From: Octopus vulgaris
Lineage: Eukaryota
DNA: 64,000 bases
Assembly: GCA_951406725.2 (NCBI GenBank)
Contig: OX597827.1
Coordinates: 78,182,001 to 78,246,000 of the forward strand
Direction: 5' to 3'
The notes beneath the pieces were generated by a model, which was given only the letters and a program-made list of their open reading frames with translations, had not been told where the DNA came from and searched no databases. The first letter of the stretch is position 1. The number at the start of each line of letters is the position of its first letter. The position numbers and the translations under genes are program-made. Positions 12,373-25,699 of the stretch are shown piece after piece.

Positions 12373-13188
12373 ACACAATTATTTTAATGCTATATCTGCT
12401 TGTACGGACTGGACGAGATTCATTGAGGTAAATCTTGTACAGCGGAATGCTTTTCCAGTCTCCAACCCTCACTTCCTGAAGAAGGTAATAGTCCCCACCC
12501 CCTCTAGTTTCGACATGTTCTCACAGAAAACTGAAAACGGCATGGCGTGTATGGCAGTGATGCTTATTATAGAATAGGGTGCGATGTCATGACAAGGAAA
12601 CACACACATAATAGTCGCAGACGTGGCTGTGTGGTTAAGGAGCTTGCTTCGCAATCCTGTGGTTTTGGGTTCTATCCCACTGCACGGCACCTCGGGCTAG
12701 TATCTTCTACAGTAACCCCGGGCCGACCAAAGACTTGTGAATGGATTTGGTAGACGAAAAATGGAAGAAGCTTGTCGTATACATGTGTGTGTGTGTATCG
12801 TTGTATTGACCTTGTATGGTGGTAGTAGACGACCATCACCGTCATACAAGCGAGGTTGTTCATTTCTCGTTTTCCATGAAAAACACGTCTGGCCCTGAGA
12901 AGATATTACTTTGCTTGACAACAGATGAAGGTTGGCGACAAGAAGTGCATCTGGCTGTAGAAAAATCTACTTCAATAAAATTCCGCCTGACCCATGCAAG
13001 CACAGAGAAGTGGACGTAAAAGGATGACGATGATAATATATGTGGTGAGGTTGATGCAACCGCAAAGACAACCAAAGACTGCTTCTTTCCATACTCCATC
13101 TTCTGTGGAATAGAAGTTAGCAACGTCAATATTTCAATATTGCAAACGCCATGATTACTGTGACTGCCACAATGAAATGTCTAACATT

Positions 13189-13588
13189 TGTGGTTCTTAA
13201 CCGGGGATCCATACGACCCCGGGCGGGGGAGGTCAACGCAAGTAAAATAGTAAATTATGGATCTATCGTAGTATATTAAAGGCTCATGGAGAAGTTTTGC
13301 TGTTGATGTGAACACAGACACACAAATACATACATACACACGCATATCTATCTATGGGCTTCTTTTCAGTTTCCGTCTACCAAATTTACCAAATTTGCAA
13401 GAAACAGCTAGGTTTGTTTCTCCGGTGTAGTTCAACCTACACAAGTGAACGTGTGGAAAGCAAAATAAGAATTTTGAAAGAAGTGTGTATAAAACTAGTT
13501 TCTATACATCGAATGGCTGTGGGGGGTCCACTGGAATGAAATGGTAATCAACTGGTTCCATACATAGAAAAGTGGTTGAGAACATCCG
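13189..13588. mobile_element. hAT (Charlie-like) MITE with a templated insertion
   Basis: Ends GTGGTTCTTAACC / GGTTGAGAACA with GGGGTCCA subterminal motifs. Confidence 0.6.
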
Positions 13589-14436
13589 TGCTTGAAGAAA
13601 TTCGGATCTTCTCGACTTATGCTGAAGAAAGTCTATGACAAGTAACCCACTTTCGCTATTCGTCACCGACTTTTTCCACCACTGGGCCTCTGTGACCGAG
13701 GTGGCCGAAGTGACTCTGAATATACCAGGGATGTAGTGGGATGACCAAGCTGATCTTTGGGACTCCCTGTACTCCGCGGTGCACGTGGTACTGCTACAGA
13801 GTGGCTGGACATCAGTCGTGTATCTATTGATTGAAACTTGATCATTGATATTTTGGTTGCCTGAGCATCATCTGTGGAAAATCCAGTCTTTATGTTTCAT
13901 CTCGAACAGACATTTATTTAGGCACAATATCATATGGTTCTTTAATACATATACTCTCTCTCTCTCTCTCTCTCTCTCCATTCAAACACGAACAATTTCG
14001 TTACAAAATTCCGATTTTATTCGAGTATTTGAGTTATTTCCCTTGTTCACTCTGTTTCTGCAATTACAACACTGTTGGGGGAGTTTTTGCTTGTTAATTG
14101 TACGGATAAATGTCGGTTAATCGAATACTTTCTACACAGTTTATCGCAAGTGAAGCCGTTCCAGATTAATCTTTCTGCGTGTAAACATGTGCCTGTCTGT
14201 AAATTAGAAGTGTGTGTGTGTGTGTGTTTGTCTGTTTCCGTGTGTGTGTGTGTATATGTACGTGTTTTATATTTCTGTATGTGTGCGCGTGTATGTTTGC
14301 GTGCGTGCGTGTGTGTGTGCTTGTATGTGTGTGTGTGTGTGTGAATAATGGAGACGGCTGTGTATCAGATGGAAGTGTAAGGCTGACAGGAGAAAGTGTC
14401 AGTAAATCACATTGCCACAACATTCATTATAATTAT

Positions 14437-14480
<44 letters not shown>

Positions 14481-14559
14481 TTGGTGAAGCCTGATATTTC
14501 AGTAGCTGCTGATGTGAAGATAATGTTGATGTTTATGATGCGACGTTTGCCAGAAGCGA

Positions 14560-14566
14560 GAGAGAG

Positions 14567-14597
<31 letters not shown>

Positions 14598-15144
14598 ACA
14601 TCAGTCAGGGAAGACCCGGCAACGGCGGCGGTGTACGTGTGTGTAGGTGAGGGGGGGGACATTTCTCTCTCTATATATGGTGTACGTGTGTCTGTCTCTT
14701 CAAACTCGAGTGTAACCTCTCTCTCCTCCACTGGTCTTCCCTCTTGTCTGGACTGGTCTGGTTTTGCGGTTGTAGAGCTGAAAGAATAGAATCAGCAGCA
14801 GCAGCAGCCACAACAACAACGGCTGTTCCCCCACCCCCACCGTCTCCTCCCCCACCAACCCGCCTCCTCCGCCACCACCATCAGTAAGACAACAGCTATG
14901 TCTGCCACTATGACGACGGCGAGAGGGTCCGGTCTAGTTTGGTAGACGTCGAGCAATCTTCTTCGGCTTCCAGCGAGAGAGATCGCCCGATCGCTCCTTC
15001 TCCACAGCCAAATATATTGGCCCCTGGGATGAAAATGAAACGTACCAATCGCCCCGGATCATTATTATTATTATTGTTGTTGTTACTGTTGTTGCTGGTC
15101 TTTCATTTATCGTCGTTGCCATTCGATTGGACTTAAGCGAAACT
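14560..15144 (+). promoter_or_regulatory. Candidate promoter and first exon of the ZNF gene
   Basis: (GA)n tract followed directly by an Inr-consensus TCAGTC (14601-14606), CpG-rich unique sequence, and a donor-like ACT|gtaagg at 15144/15145. The link to the downstream exons is inferred. Confidence 0.5.
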
Positions 15145-15169
15145 GTAAGGAAACCTTAGTATATATATT

Positions 15170-15725
15170 TCTGTGTGTGTGTCTATGTGAAAACATGTAA
15201 GTATATATATGTATGAATGTGTGTGTGAAAATATGTAAGTATAATATATCTGTGTGTATGTTTACATGTATGTATATATGTGTGTGTATACATATATGAA
15301 TGTGTGTGAAAATATGTATATGTCTGTGTGTATGTTTACATGTATGCATATATATGTGTGTGTGTGTATACATGTATGAATGTGTGTGTGAAAATATGTA
15401 AGTATAATATGTCTGTGTGTGTGTATATATATGTGTGTGTATACATGTGTGTGTGTGTGTGTATCCATTTATGAATGTGTGAAAATATGTAAGTATAATA
15501 TATCTGTGTGTATGTTTACATGTATGTATATATGTGTGTGTATACACGTATGAATGTGTGTGAAAATATGTAAGTATATGTCTGTGTGTATGTTTATATT
15601 ATGTATATATGTGTGTGTATGTATATATGTGTGTATACATGTTTGTGTATCAATGTGTGTGTGAAAGCATGTAAGTATAATATATGTATGTGTATATGTC
15701 TACATGTATGTATGTATATATATAT
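15170..15725. repeat. Minisatellite of roughly 60-90 bp compound TG/TA units
   Basis: Recurring TATGAATGTGTGTGAAAATATGTAAGTATAATAT..CTGTGTGTATGTTTACATG. Confidence 0.8.
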
Positions 15726-16364
15726 ATATGTGTGTGTATGTATATATGTGTGTGTATACACGTATAGGTAATTTACTCATGTATATATTATATGTCCGTG
15801 TGTATGTGAGTGTGTATACATATATGTATATATACATATATATGTGTGTGTTTGTGTGCGTGTATATTATGTATATGTATGTGTTATATACATGTAGTAT
15901 GACGATATATATATATATATATGTAAATATAAGGTATGAGACTCTTGGCCTCTGAGTCACACATCTAACTTTATACCCAATCCGAAAAAAATAGATTTGT
16001 ATACACACACACACACACATGTACATATATATATAGTTATATATACATATATTATACTCATACTCATAAATACGTATATACATGTATGTGTTGTGCGCGC
16101 GTGCATGTATGTTTGCAGTTTTTATCTTTTAATGTTTCAGGCATTAGACTGTGGCCATGCTGGAGCACTGCTTTCAAAGAGTTTTTACTCAAATGAATCG
16201 ATCCCAGAAACGTTTTTTTTTTTTTTAAAAAAAAAGCTTGCTAATTATTTTATCAGTTTTCTTTCAACAGACTGCTTGGTTACGGGGGAGGTAAATACAT
16301 AAATACTGGTTGTCAAGTGCTGGTACGAGGGGTGGGGGACGAACGCGCGCGCACACACACACAT

Positions 16365-16740
16365 TCTTTTATTCTATTACTTATTTCAGTCATTTGACTG
16401 CAGCCATGCTGGAGCACCGCCTTAAGTCGAACAAATCGACCCCCCCTCCCCGGATTTATTCTTTGTAAGCCTAGTACTCATCCTATCGGTCTCGTTTTGC
16501 CGAACCGCTAAGTTACGGGGGACGTAAACACACCAACATCGGTTGTCAAGCGATGGTGGGAGGACAAACACAAATACACACATACGATGGGCTTCTTTCA
16601 GTTTCTGTGCACTAAATTCACTCACAAATCTTTGGTCAGCTCAAGGCTATATTAGAAGACACTCGTGCAAGGTGCCATGCAGTGGGATTGAACCCGGAAC
16701 CATGTGGCTGGGAACGTCTTACCACACAGTTACACCTACA
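16365..16740 (-). mobile_element. SINE family A copy
   Basis: Reverse complement of 28251-28645; a partial copy lies just upstream at 16120-16330. Confidence 0.85.
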
Positions 16741-16767
16741 CATGTATATATATAGACACATACACAC

Positions 16768-16982
16768 ACGAGGAGGGTACTGAAAAGTTCCTGGTTTTAA
16801 GGGTTTTGCGAAAGGTCTGGTTGGGGGCCCAACCTCTGAGTTCTTTTACAGGGCTTAGAAAAGCTGAGGGGCCTCTGCAATAAATGTGTGAATTTGAGAA
16901 GGGGAATATGTTGAATAAAATCATAATTAACTGATCCTCCTTGTACCCAAAGCCAGGAACTTCTCAGCCCCCCCCCCATATA
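16768..16982 (+). mobile_element. Mariner-derived MITE
   Basis: TIRs CTGAAAAGTTCCTGG / CCAGGAACTTCTCAG and internal FFLQGLEKL-like transposase end. A related fragment lies at about 19060-19190. Confidence 0.7.
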
Positions 16983-17232
16983 TAATACACACACACACAC
17001 ATATATATATATATAATGGCTAAAGAAACTTTTGGCTGCTATTTCTAAAAATTTCAGTATGTGGCAAAGTAGATTATTTTACTGAGCCCTTAATTATATA
17101 AAGTAATATTTTGAATACGCCTTGAATGGTCCTTTTACATACTGAACACTACTTGGTGAAATTAATTAATAACTAATTGATTTTACCCTTAATTATTGAT
17201 ATGTGTATATATATATATATATATATATTTTA

Positions 17233-17568
17233 AGACCCCCTTCGGTCATGAATGACCATGGGATTGCACCTAGAAAGTTACCCTCCTAGACACAAGTCTG
17301 GGCAAGGTTGTTTTTATGGAAGGCCAGCAGTCGCCCATGCATACCAGCCTCCCCTCTCCACGCCACCAGTGTTATCCAAGGGAAAGACAAAGGTCGATAC
17401 AGTTTGGCACCAGTGACGTCGCAACTCATTTCTACAGCTGAGTGAACTGGAGCAACGTGAAATAAAGTGCCTTGCTCGAGAACACAACACGCAGCCCGGT
17501 CCGGGATTCGAGCTCACAACCTCACGATCGTAAGCTCGACGCTCTAACCACTGAGCCATGCGCCTTCA
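17233..17568 (-). mobile_element. tRNA(Arg)-like-headed SINE with CORE-like domain (family D, probably octopus OR-type)
   Basis: Head TGGCTCAGTGGTTAGAGCG..CTTACGAT and central GAGCAAGGCACTTT..CTCAGCTGTAGAAATG, which resembles the MIR CORE. Variants at about 17965-18197(-) and 23313-23455(-). Confidence 0.8.
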
Positions 17569-17569
17569 C

Positions 17570-17600
<31 letters not shown>

Positions 17601-17684
17601 ATCCAAACAAGAAAACACAAAAAAAACACAACGCGAGGACGTGGAACAAATATAGTATTATTGGACGCTCAGGAAAGAAGGAGG

Positions 17685-17719
17685 GTTTAACGTTTCGGGC
17701 GGAGCTCTTCGTCGGAAAC
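17685..17719 (-). ncRNA. Minimal hammerhead motif, U4C core variant
   Basis: Minus strand reads GTTT-CCGACGA-A-GAGC(TCC)GCCC-GAAACGTT-AAAC, with palindromic AACGTT stem III. The fragment (about 17597-17772) abuts (TA)n. Confidence 0.55.
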
Positions 17720-20241
17720 ATAGGAGAAGGGAAGACAGAGGGAAAAAAATCGGCAACGGTACACACGCGGTCAAAGGCATCCAGCTGAAGAAACTCTACC
17801 AGATCAGATTGGAGCCTTGTGCAGCCATCTGCCTTGCCAGTCCTCAGTCAAACTGTCCAACCCATGCCAGCATGGAAAACGGACGTTAAACGATGATGAT
17901 GATGTATATATATATATACACACACAAACATATACGTATATCGATAGGGCCAGAGGTCCTTCCCAAGCCATAGGCTAATAAGGCTGGTTTCTCAGAATTC
18001 TGCGTCGTATATATTCCCCCCTACTGGGCCGGATGCCAGTCTGTCACGGGGTCACTCATTTTTGCCAGCTGAGTAGACTGGAACAAGAGGAAATGAAGTG
18101 TTTTGCTCAAGAATTCATAGCATCTCCCGGTCCAGGAATCGAAACAGCAATCTTATGTTCATGTGTACAGCGCTCTAACCACTAAGCCACATGCCTCCAC
18201 ACACACACACACATAGACATGCGTATAAAGCTTATATATGTACATAGATATAATTATATTCAAATATATATATATAAATGTATGTATATATATATAGATA
18301 TATGTGTAGTTATAGATAGATATGTAAATGTATTTATAATTGTATATGTGTGTGCATATATCTACTATATATATATATGCTCTTATATGTGTGCGTATGG
18401 ATACACACACATACACACTTGTACGTGTGTATGGATATGTATTAATATTTATATGTAATGTAATCGTTTGTGTGTGTGTGTATGTATATATATTTTGAAT
18501 ATACTCACCTTCATAGCTGAATTCTGAGGTTCTCAAACATGACCTGCACTCCTTAACACACACCACTGTCCCCTGTCACACCCATACATTCTACCAGGAT
18601 CCTTCCTGTCCCCTCCTTGATGTAATCACTCCCTCTTTCATTTAGTCACTCGTGGACCTGTTTCCATCCAGATGTGGGTACAGACATTCTGGACCTTGGT
18701 AACTTTTTTCTGACCATCACCACCAACTTCCGTTCCACTCTTATCTTCTCCAGCATTGAATCCTTTGTTCTCTAACCCGCCCCACTGACCTGTAGCCCTC
18801 TCCTCTAGTGTGTCATCTCAATCCCACGCCTTAATCACACGGTTCTCACCATCCTTAGGGTCTGCACTTTACACCCATGCAATGCTCCTGACCAGACCAG
18901 GCTTTTAGAGGTTTCACTTTAATGTTTTTACTAAGGTTTCCATTTCCCCGTATTGTACTGGGTGACCTCAGGTCTGGTCTTTCTGCAGCAAGTTTTGTTT
19001 TGATTTCCCAGCTGTGGTCCACTGTTTGGTCAACAATGGAACCCATTGTTAAACATATCAATACTTAAACATGTCAACCTGCTCTTGCATCTGCAAGGCC
19101 TGGTCGGAGGCCCGACCTTCCGACTTCTTTTACAGGGCTTAGAAAAACTGAAGGACCGCTGCAATACGTATGTGAACCTCAAGAGGAGATAGAGAGCTGG
19201 GGTAGTAATGATGAGCTGTAAGGGACATGGGTATGAGAGGTGTGTGAGATAAAGGGGTTGGATGAAAGTGGTAGGGGTGATAGACATGATAAAAGGATGT
19301 GTGATTAACGGTGTGTGTATGTGTATACATCATCATCGTTTAGCGTCCGTTTTCCATGCTAGCATGGGTTGGACGGTTCGACTGGGGTCTGTGAAGCCAG
19401 AAGGCTTCATCAGGCCTAGTCAGATCTGGCAGTGTTTCTACGGCTGGATGCCCTTCCTAATGCCAACCACTCCGTAAGTGTAGTGGGTGCTTTTTACGTG
19501 CCACCCGCACAGCTCCATATATACATACACACACACACACACACACGTACATTATCATCATCATCATTTAATGTCCTTTTTTCATGCTGGCATGGGTTGG
19601 ACAGTTTGACTGAAAACTGGTAAACTGGGGAGCGGCACCAGCTGTCCTCTCTATCACAGAATTACAATGTGTCCTGGGTGCATTTTGTCATGGGTAGCAG
19701 CACTAATCTGGTTGCCTTGTCCCCTTTAAAATTACAGGTCTGTAGTCGCATTAGTGATTCAAAAACTTACATACACACACACACACACACACGTGCATGC
19801 ACACACACAGAGGGTCTGAGAAAAAGTATCAGATATGTGGACTTATCCCCTGTGTCTTCTGTCTTCCCCCCACCCACTCTCTTCTTTCGTTTTTATTCCT
19901 TTTATTTTCTTCTCATCCCAGTTTCCTTTTCTGGACTTTTCTCTTAATATCCGAAGAACCATCTCCTAAATCTGATTCTCCTTATCATTTCCATTCTTCT
20001 TTGGGCATCGACCCTAATGACATTCACTGCCAACTTCTCTTGTTTTTTTTATTTGATACCTATATATAGGCGCAGGAGTGGCTGTGTGGTAAGTAGCTTG
20101 CTTACCAACCACAAGGTTCCGGGTTCAGTCCTACTGCGTGTCATCTTGAGCAAGTGTCTTCTGCTATAGCCCCGGGCCGACCAATGCCTTGTGAGTGGAT
20201 TTGGTAGACGAAAACTGAAAAGCCTGTCGTATATGTGTGTG

Positions 20242-20274
<33 letters not shown>

Positions 20275-21335
20275 ATGTGTTTGTCTCCCTAGCTTTGCTT
20301 GACAACCGATGCTGGTGTGTTTACGTCCCTGTCACTTAGCAGTTCGGCAAAAGAGACCGATAGAATAAGTACTGGGCTTACAAAGAATAAGTCCCGGGGT
20401 CGATTTGCTCAACTAAAGGCGGTGCTCCAGCATGGCCGCAGTCAAATGGCTGAAACAAGTAAAAAAAAAAAGAAAATAAAAAGATGTCTATATAGGTGTG
20501 TGTGTGTGTATATATATATATATACATATACACTGTATTTACTTGTGTATATAAGTCTCTATTTTATGCTTGATTTTAGCTGTAAAATCTAGGGTTTGAC
20601 TTATACATGGGTCAAAGCTCAATCTATGATGGGAAAGAACTTCGTGTCAAGATTTAGCCCTAAATTAGGGGTACATCTTGTACCTGAGTAAATTCAGTTT
20701 GTATTTTTTATTTACTGCCAGTCCTCGATGTGCTTTACCATAAAGGTCTACACAGCAATGCGGTATGGACCTTTATGAAGGCAGGAAGTGCAGCTGGGAG
20801 CACAATGTCAGCCATAGGTTTCACACTTGGAATGGAACTCCTCTAACGTGACACAGACACAAATAATGGAGATCCGCCGACCAAGGGAAACATTAATGAA
20901 ATACGTAATAAAAGGACAAGAGATTGAGGGCGATAATCTTGCACAGATTGGAAGAACTGATAAGCTGGGGAGGAGTGTGTTGCATAGAAATCACATAATG
21001 AAACCGTGGGGTTCTATTGGAAGGGGCCAAACTCCTCTCAGGGTATTTTGCTGTCTGAGGAGACATTGACTCCTCTATTGAGATATGGAGCTCACTAACA
21101 TGCTCTGGACGGGTTTACTCCAAAAGTCTGTTTATCTTTCCTGGCAGTGTGTTATGTCCTTGAGCGGAACACTTTATTCCATGTTGCTCCAGTCCACTCA
21201 ACTGGCAAAAATGAGTTGTACCCTGACAACTGTTGTTAAGGGTACATGTGTCTGTGGAGTGCTCGGCCACTTGAATGTTCACTTCGTGAGCAGGCTGTTC
21301 CGTTGATTGAAACCATGTGCGTGTGTGTGTGTGCC

Positions 21336-21394
<59 letters not shown>

Positions 21395-21830
21395 GAACAC
21401 ACATATACATACACATGCAGAGACACACACACACATCAGCTTTCTTTCATTTTCTGCCTACCAGATCTACTCAAGAGACTTTAGTAGGGCCAGGCTTATT
21501 GTTAAACACACTTGCACAAGATGCTGCACAATCAACCTGGATCCTCCTCCTCCTCACCACCACCACCACCACCACCATTATCATCATCATCATCATATAA
21601 AGTCCCATGTTCCATGTTGGCATAGATTGGATGATTCAAGAGGATCTGACAGGCCCAAAGGACTGCATCATGTTCCACTGACTGCTTTGGCATGGTTTCT
21701 ACAACTGGGTGCCCTTCCTGGTGCTGGCTGCTTTATATGTGGCACCAGCACTAGTGAAGTTTCTGAGCAGCTTGCAAGACCATGAATCTTCAGAGAAGGA
21801 GCTAAAGCAGGATAGGCTGTCAAGGAGGTA

Positions 21831-22218
21831 TATATATATTTATAATAAGTGTAGGTCGTATACGAGTGGGTATATATTTATAAAAAAGAAGTTTGAAAAT
21901 GCCACTATATAAGATAAATTTTAATTTTCTTAGAAATTTTACATGCTTTGGTTCTTCTTGAAAAAACGAACCTTATCAAAAATATTTTTAACAGTTAAGT
22001 GTAATAAAAAAAAGTTCATAATTGTTTCTTACTGGTCTCAACAAGAATCCACGTAATGGTTTTTTGTGGGGAGTAAGCATGTGTTTGAATAAAATTAAGG
22101 AAGTGACCAGTGGCTGAAATGGCAGTAGCAGCAGACTTATATAGTGGCGTTTTCAAACTTCTTTTTTATAAATATATACCCACTCGTATACGACCTACAC
22201 TTATTATAAATATATATA
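21831..22218. mobile_element. Foldback MITE with about 83-bp near-perfect TIRs in a (TA)n site
   Basis: 21831-21913 is the reverse complement of 22136-22218 with one mismatch. Confidence 0.85.
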
Positions 22219-22319
22219 TATATATACATACATACATACATTTCACCAACTTTACCTATTTTTATATATATATATCTTCTATGTATGTATGTATACATAC
22301 ATACATATATATATATATT

Positions 22320-23182
22320 ATGGTGTTTGGAAAGTAATTGCCTTTTTCCACCATTATGAAATATGAATCAACCAATCTCATCAGAAGCAAGGTCGAATGG
22401 TCTGGAACTATCCAGAAATAGTATGCCATCTCTTCTATCTGGCAGTGTGTCATTTAAAGTTGGCCTTGCTCTGGAAGTCGACCCATTCTGAATGACAAAT
22501 TTTTGAATAAGACTTTTGTACTGGATCCACATCAAAGCAGCAGAGATTTGGTGCAAAAATTTAATGAGTCATGTTCAACTGTCCTTGAACATCTCAAGCA
22601 AATTGGGAAAACATGGCAAAGTGGGAATTTGGGTTCCACATGAGCTTATTATGCTGGAGGACTGAACACACAACATTCCAGCATCTGCAGCAGTCTTCTA
22701 ACCAGGGATAACAATCTGTCATTTCTGCTGTGCATTATTACAGGTGACGGAAAATGGGTTTTGCATCACAGCAGAAGATGTAAAAGACAATGGTTATCAT
22801 GTAATGAGAGGCCAGTGCCAACACCAAAAGCAGAACTCCATCCACAAAAATTCTTGCTCCATGTTGATAGAACATAAAAGGTATCATTTAAGGCAGCGCG
22901 CTGGCAAAGTCGTTAGCACGCTGGACGAAATGCTTAGCGGTATTTCGTCTGCCGCTACGTTCTGAGTTCAAATTCCACCGAGGTCGACTGCCTTTCATCC
23001 TTTTGGGGTCGATTAAATAAGTACCGGTTACGCACTAGGATCTATATAATCGACTTAATCCATCTGTCTGTCCTTGTTTGTCCTCTCTGTGTTTAGCCCC
23101 TTGTGGGTAGTAAAGAAATAGGTATCATCCATTATGAGCTACTGGAACATGGAAGGTGCCATCAATGTAGATGTCTATTGTC
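22320..23182 (+). pseudogene. Mariner transposase relic
   Basis: GIWVPHEL (WVPHEL at 22630-22647), FLLCIITGDGKWV (about TGDEKW), PKAELHPQK and GIIHYELLE, with frameshifts and stops. Confidence 0.85.
22888..23119 (+). mobile_element. SINE family B inserted in a mariner relic
   Basis: Flanked by AGGTATCAT at 22879-22887 and 23120-23128; the transposase reading resumes after it. Confidence 0.85.
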
Positions 23183-24065
23183 TACATTTTACCAATTTTA
23201 TATACATATATATCCATGCTAGCATGGAAAGCGGACTTTAAACGATGATGATGATATGAAATTAAAAAAAATAAATGTTTCCTTCTTGAGCCAGTTCTCT
23301 CACAGAATGACTCCTTTTTGCCGGCTGAGTGGACTGGGGCAATGTGAAATGAAGTGTTTTGCTCAAGAACACAACATCTCGCCTGGTCCAGGAATTGAAA
23401 TGACAATCTTACCACCATGAGACCAACACCCTAAGCGCTAAGCCATGCACCTTCACACACACACAGTCCCCCTGCACGGCACCTTGGGCAAGTGTCTTCT
23501 ACTATAGCCTCAGGCCGACCAAAGCCTTCTGAGAGGATTTGGTAGGTGGAAACTGGAAGAAGCCCATCATATATGTATGTATGTATGTGTTTGTGTCTGT
23601 GTTTGTCCCCCCACCACCACCATTGCTTGATAACCAATGTTGATATGTTTACATCCCCATCACTTAGCGGTTCGGCAAAAAGAGACCAATAGAACAAGTA
23701 CTAGGTTTACAAAGAACGAGTCCTGGGGTCGATTTATTTGACTAAAAGTGGTGCTCCAGCATGGTCAGAGTCAAATGACTGAAGCAAGCAAAAGAGTGTA
23801 TATATATATATATATATATACAAATAAATGAAAGAATGGAGTTGAACGACGAATTAACAAAATTCCTTTATTTTATTTTCGACATATGTTTCGAAGGCTG
23901 CATATTCCTAATATTTGTATTTAAAAAAACACACAAATTTCCACACGATAGCACGTGATCTCTGCTCTAGGCATGTAGCTTCAACCGTGTTTTCCTGACG
24001 TGAATTTGCTACCCAGGTATCGGTTAACCGAATTATCCATAATAAGATAATTCATTCAACTACTC

Positions 24066-24100
<35 letters not shown>

Positions 24101-24252
24101 ATGTATGTATAAATGCAGTTTATAAAACTATTTTCTTCCTAATGTGTATGACAATAAAATGTCTCGAGTGTTGTCTGAAGCAAAGCCTGCAGATTACCAG
24201 ATTCTAAGTAAGCTATCATTAACCGTTTTGTTGTCTGTTCTTTGTCTTGTAG

Positions 24253-24321
24253 GTCTGTCAGAAGAAGCCATGAAACCTGTCTTGCCTTGACCAGTGGCCA
24301 AAGACTGCTGTCCACCTGAAG
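24253..24321 (+). other. Candidate 69-nt internal non-coding (5'UTR) exon
   Basis: Strong acceptor (ttttgttgtctgttctttgtcttgtag|G) and consensus donor (GAAG|gtaagt) around unique sequence. Contains uORF MKPVLP* (24270-24290). Confidence 0.75.
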
Positions 24322-24515
24322 GTAAGTTACTTCTGTTACTACCACCATTACCACCACCACTGCTGCTGCTGCTGCTGCTCGCCAAAGTGGTCATTTGGAC
24401 AGTCTGTTTGTGTGGGTCTGAATGGTTGTAACCTATGTGACTATGTTTGTATATGTATATGATTGGATGTTTGTGTGTGTGTGTGTATATATGTGTATGT
24501 ATATATGTGTGTATA

Positions 24516-24560
<45 letters not shown>

Positions 24561-25394
24561 ATAAATATGTGTGTATGTGTAGGGAATGGTAATTGTGTTC
24601 TATGTAATTGTACTTTAAAAGATTGTGTGTCATGAATGCATTTGTATACGCATGTGTGTGTGTGTGTGTGTGTGTGTCTGCATGCATGTGTGTGTGTAAG
24701 GGAAGGAGTAATTGCATTCAGTGTGTGTGAGGTCTGTTGAAGTGGGTGTCAATTATGTCCATTTAATGTAAATGTGTGTAAAAGATTGCGTCTGCATGTG
24801 TGTGTGGAGGTTGTAATTGTGTGTGTGTATGTGTGTAATTATATGTAAAAGCTTCTATGTGTATGTGATAATATATAAATAATAATGTATTGTAAATTTC
24901 TGTGTGTCATCATCATCATCATCATCATCGTCTGATGTCCACCTTCCATGCTGGCATGGGTTGGATGCTTTGACAGGACCCAACCAGGCAGAAGACTGCA
25001 CCAGACTTCTGTGTCTGTTTTGGCAGGGTTTTTTACGGCTGGATGCCCTTCTTAACACTAACCACTCCATAGAGTGGGCTGAGTGCTTTTCATGTGACCC
25101 CAGCACAGGTGAAGCCAGTTTGGGCATTGTTTTTACAGCTGGATGCTTTTCCAAATGCTCACCGCTTCACAGAATGGAATGGGTGCTTTTTATGTGGCAA
25201 CAGCAGTGGCAGGGGTCACCAAATAACTTGCAAGATAAAGAATTTTTGAGAGGGGAGGGGACATTAGAGGAGGTGGTCTTGGGTCAGGTGTTGAAAGGTT
25301 AGATTGTGACAGAGAGACAGAAACAGATGCCACACTGTAGTGGAGGTCCATGGTTACCCAGCCAGGGTGAGAGTGTGTGTAAAAAAAAAAGTTA

Positions 25395-25699
25395 AGACCC
25401 CCTTTGGTCATGACTGACCATGGGATGCACCTAGAAAGTTCCCCTCTGAGGCACAAATCTGAGCAAGGTTGTTTATGGAAGACCGGCCTCCCCTTTCCAC
25501 GCCACAGATGTTATCCAAGGGAAAGGCAAAGGGGCCGACACAGCTTGGCACCTGTGATGTTGCAACTCATTTCTACAGCTGAGTGAACTGGAGCAATGTG
25601 AAATAAAGTGTCTTGCTCAAGAACACAACTCAGAGCCTGGTCCAGGGATTGAACTCACTACCTCGTGATTGTGAGCCTGATGCTCTAACCACTGAGCCA
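25395..25699 (-). mobile_element. SINE family D copy
   Basis: Colinear with 17233-17568; CpGs decayed. Confidence 0.8.
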
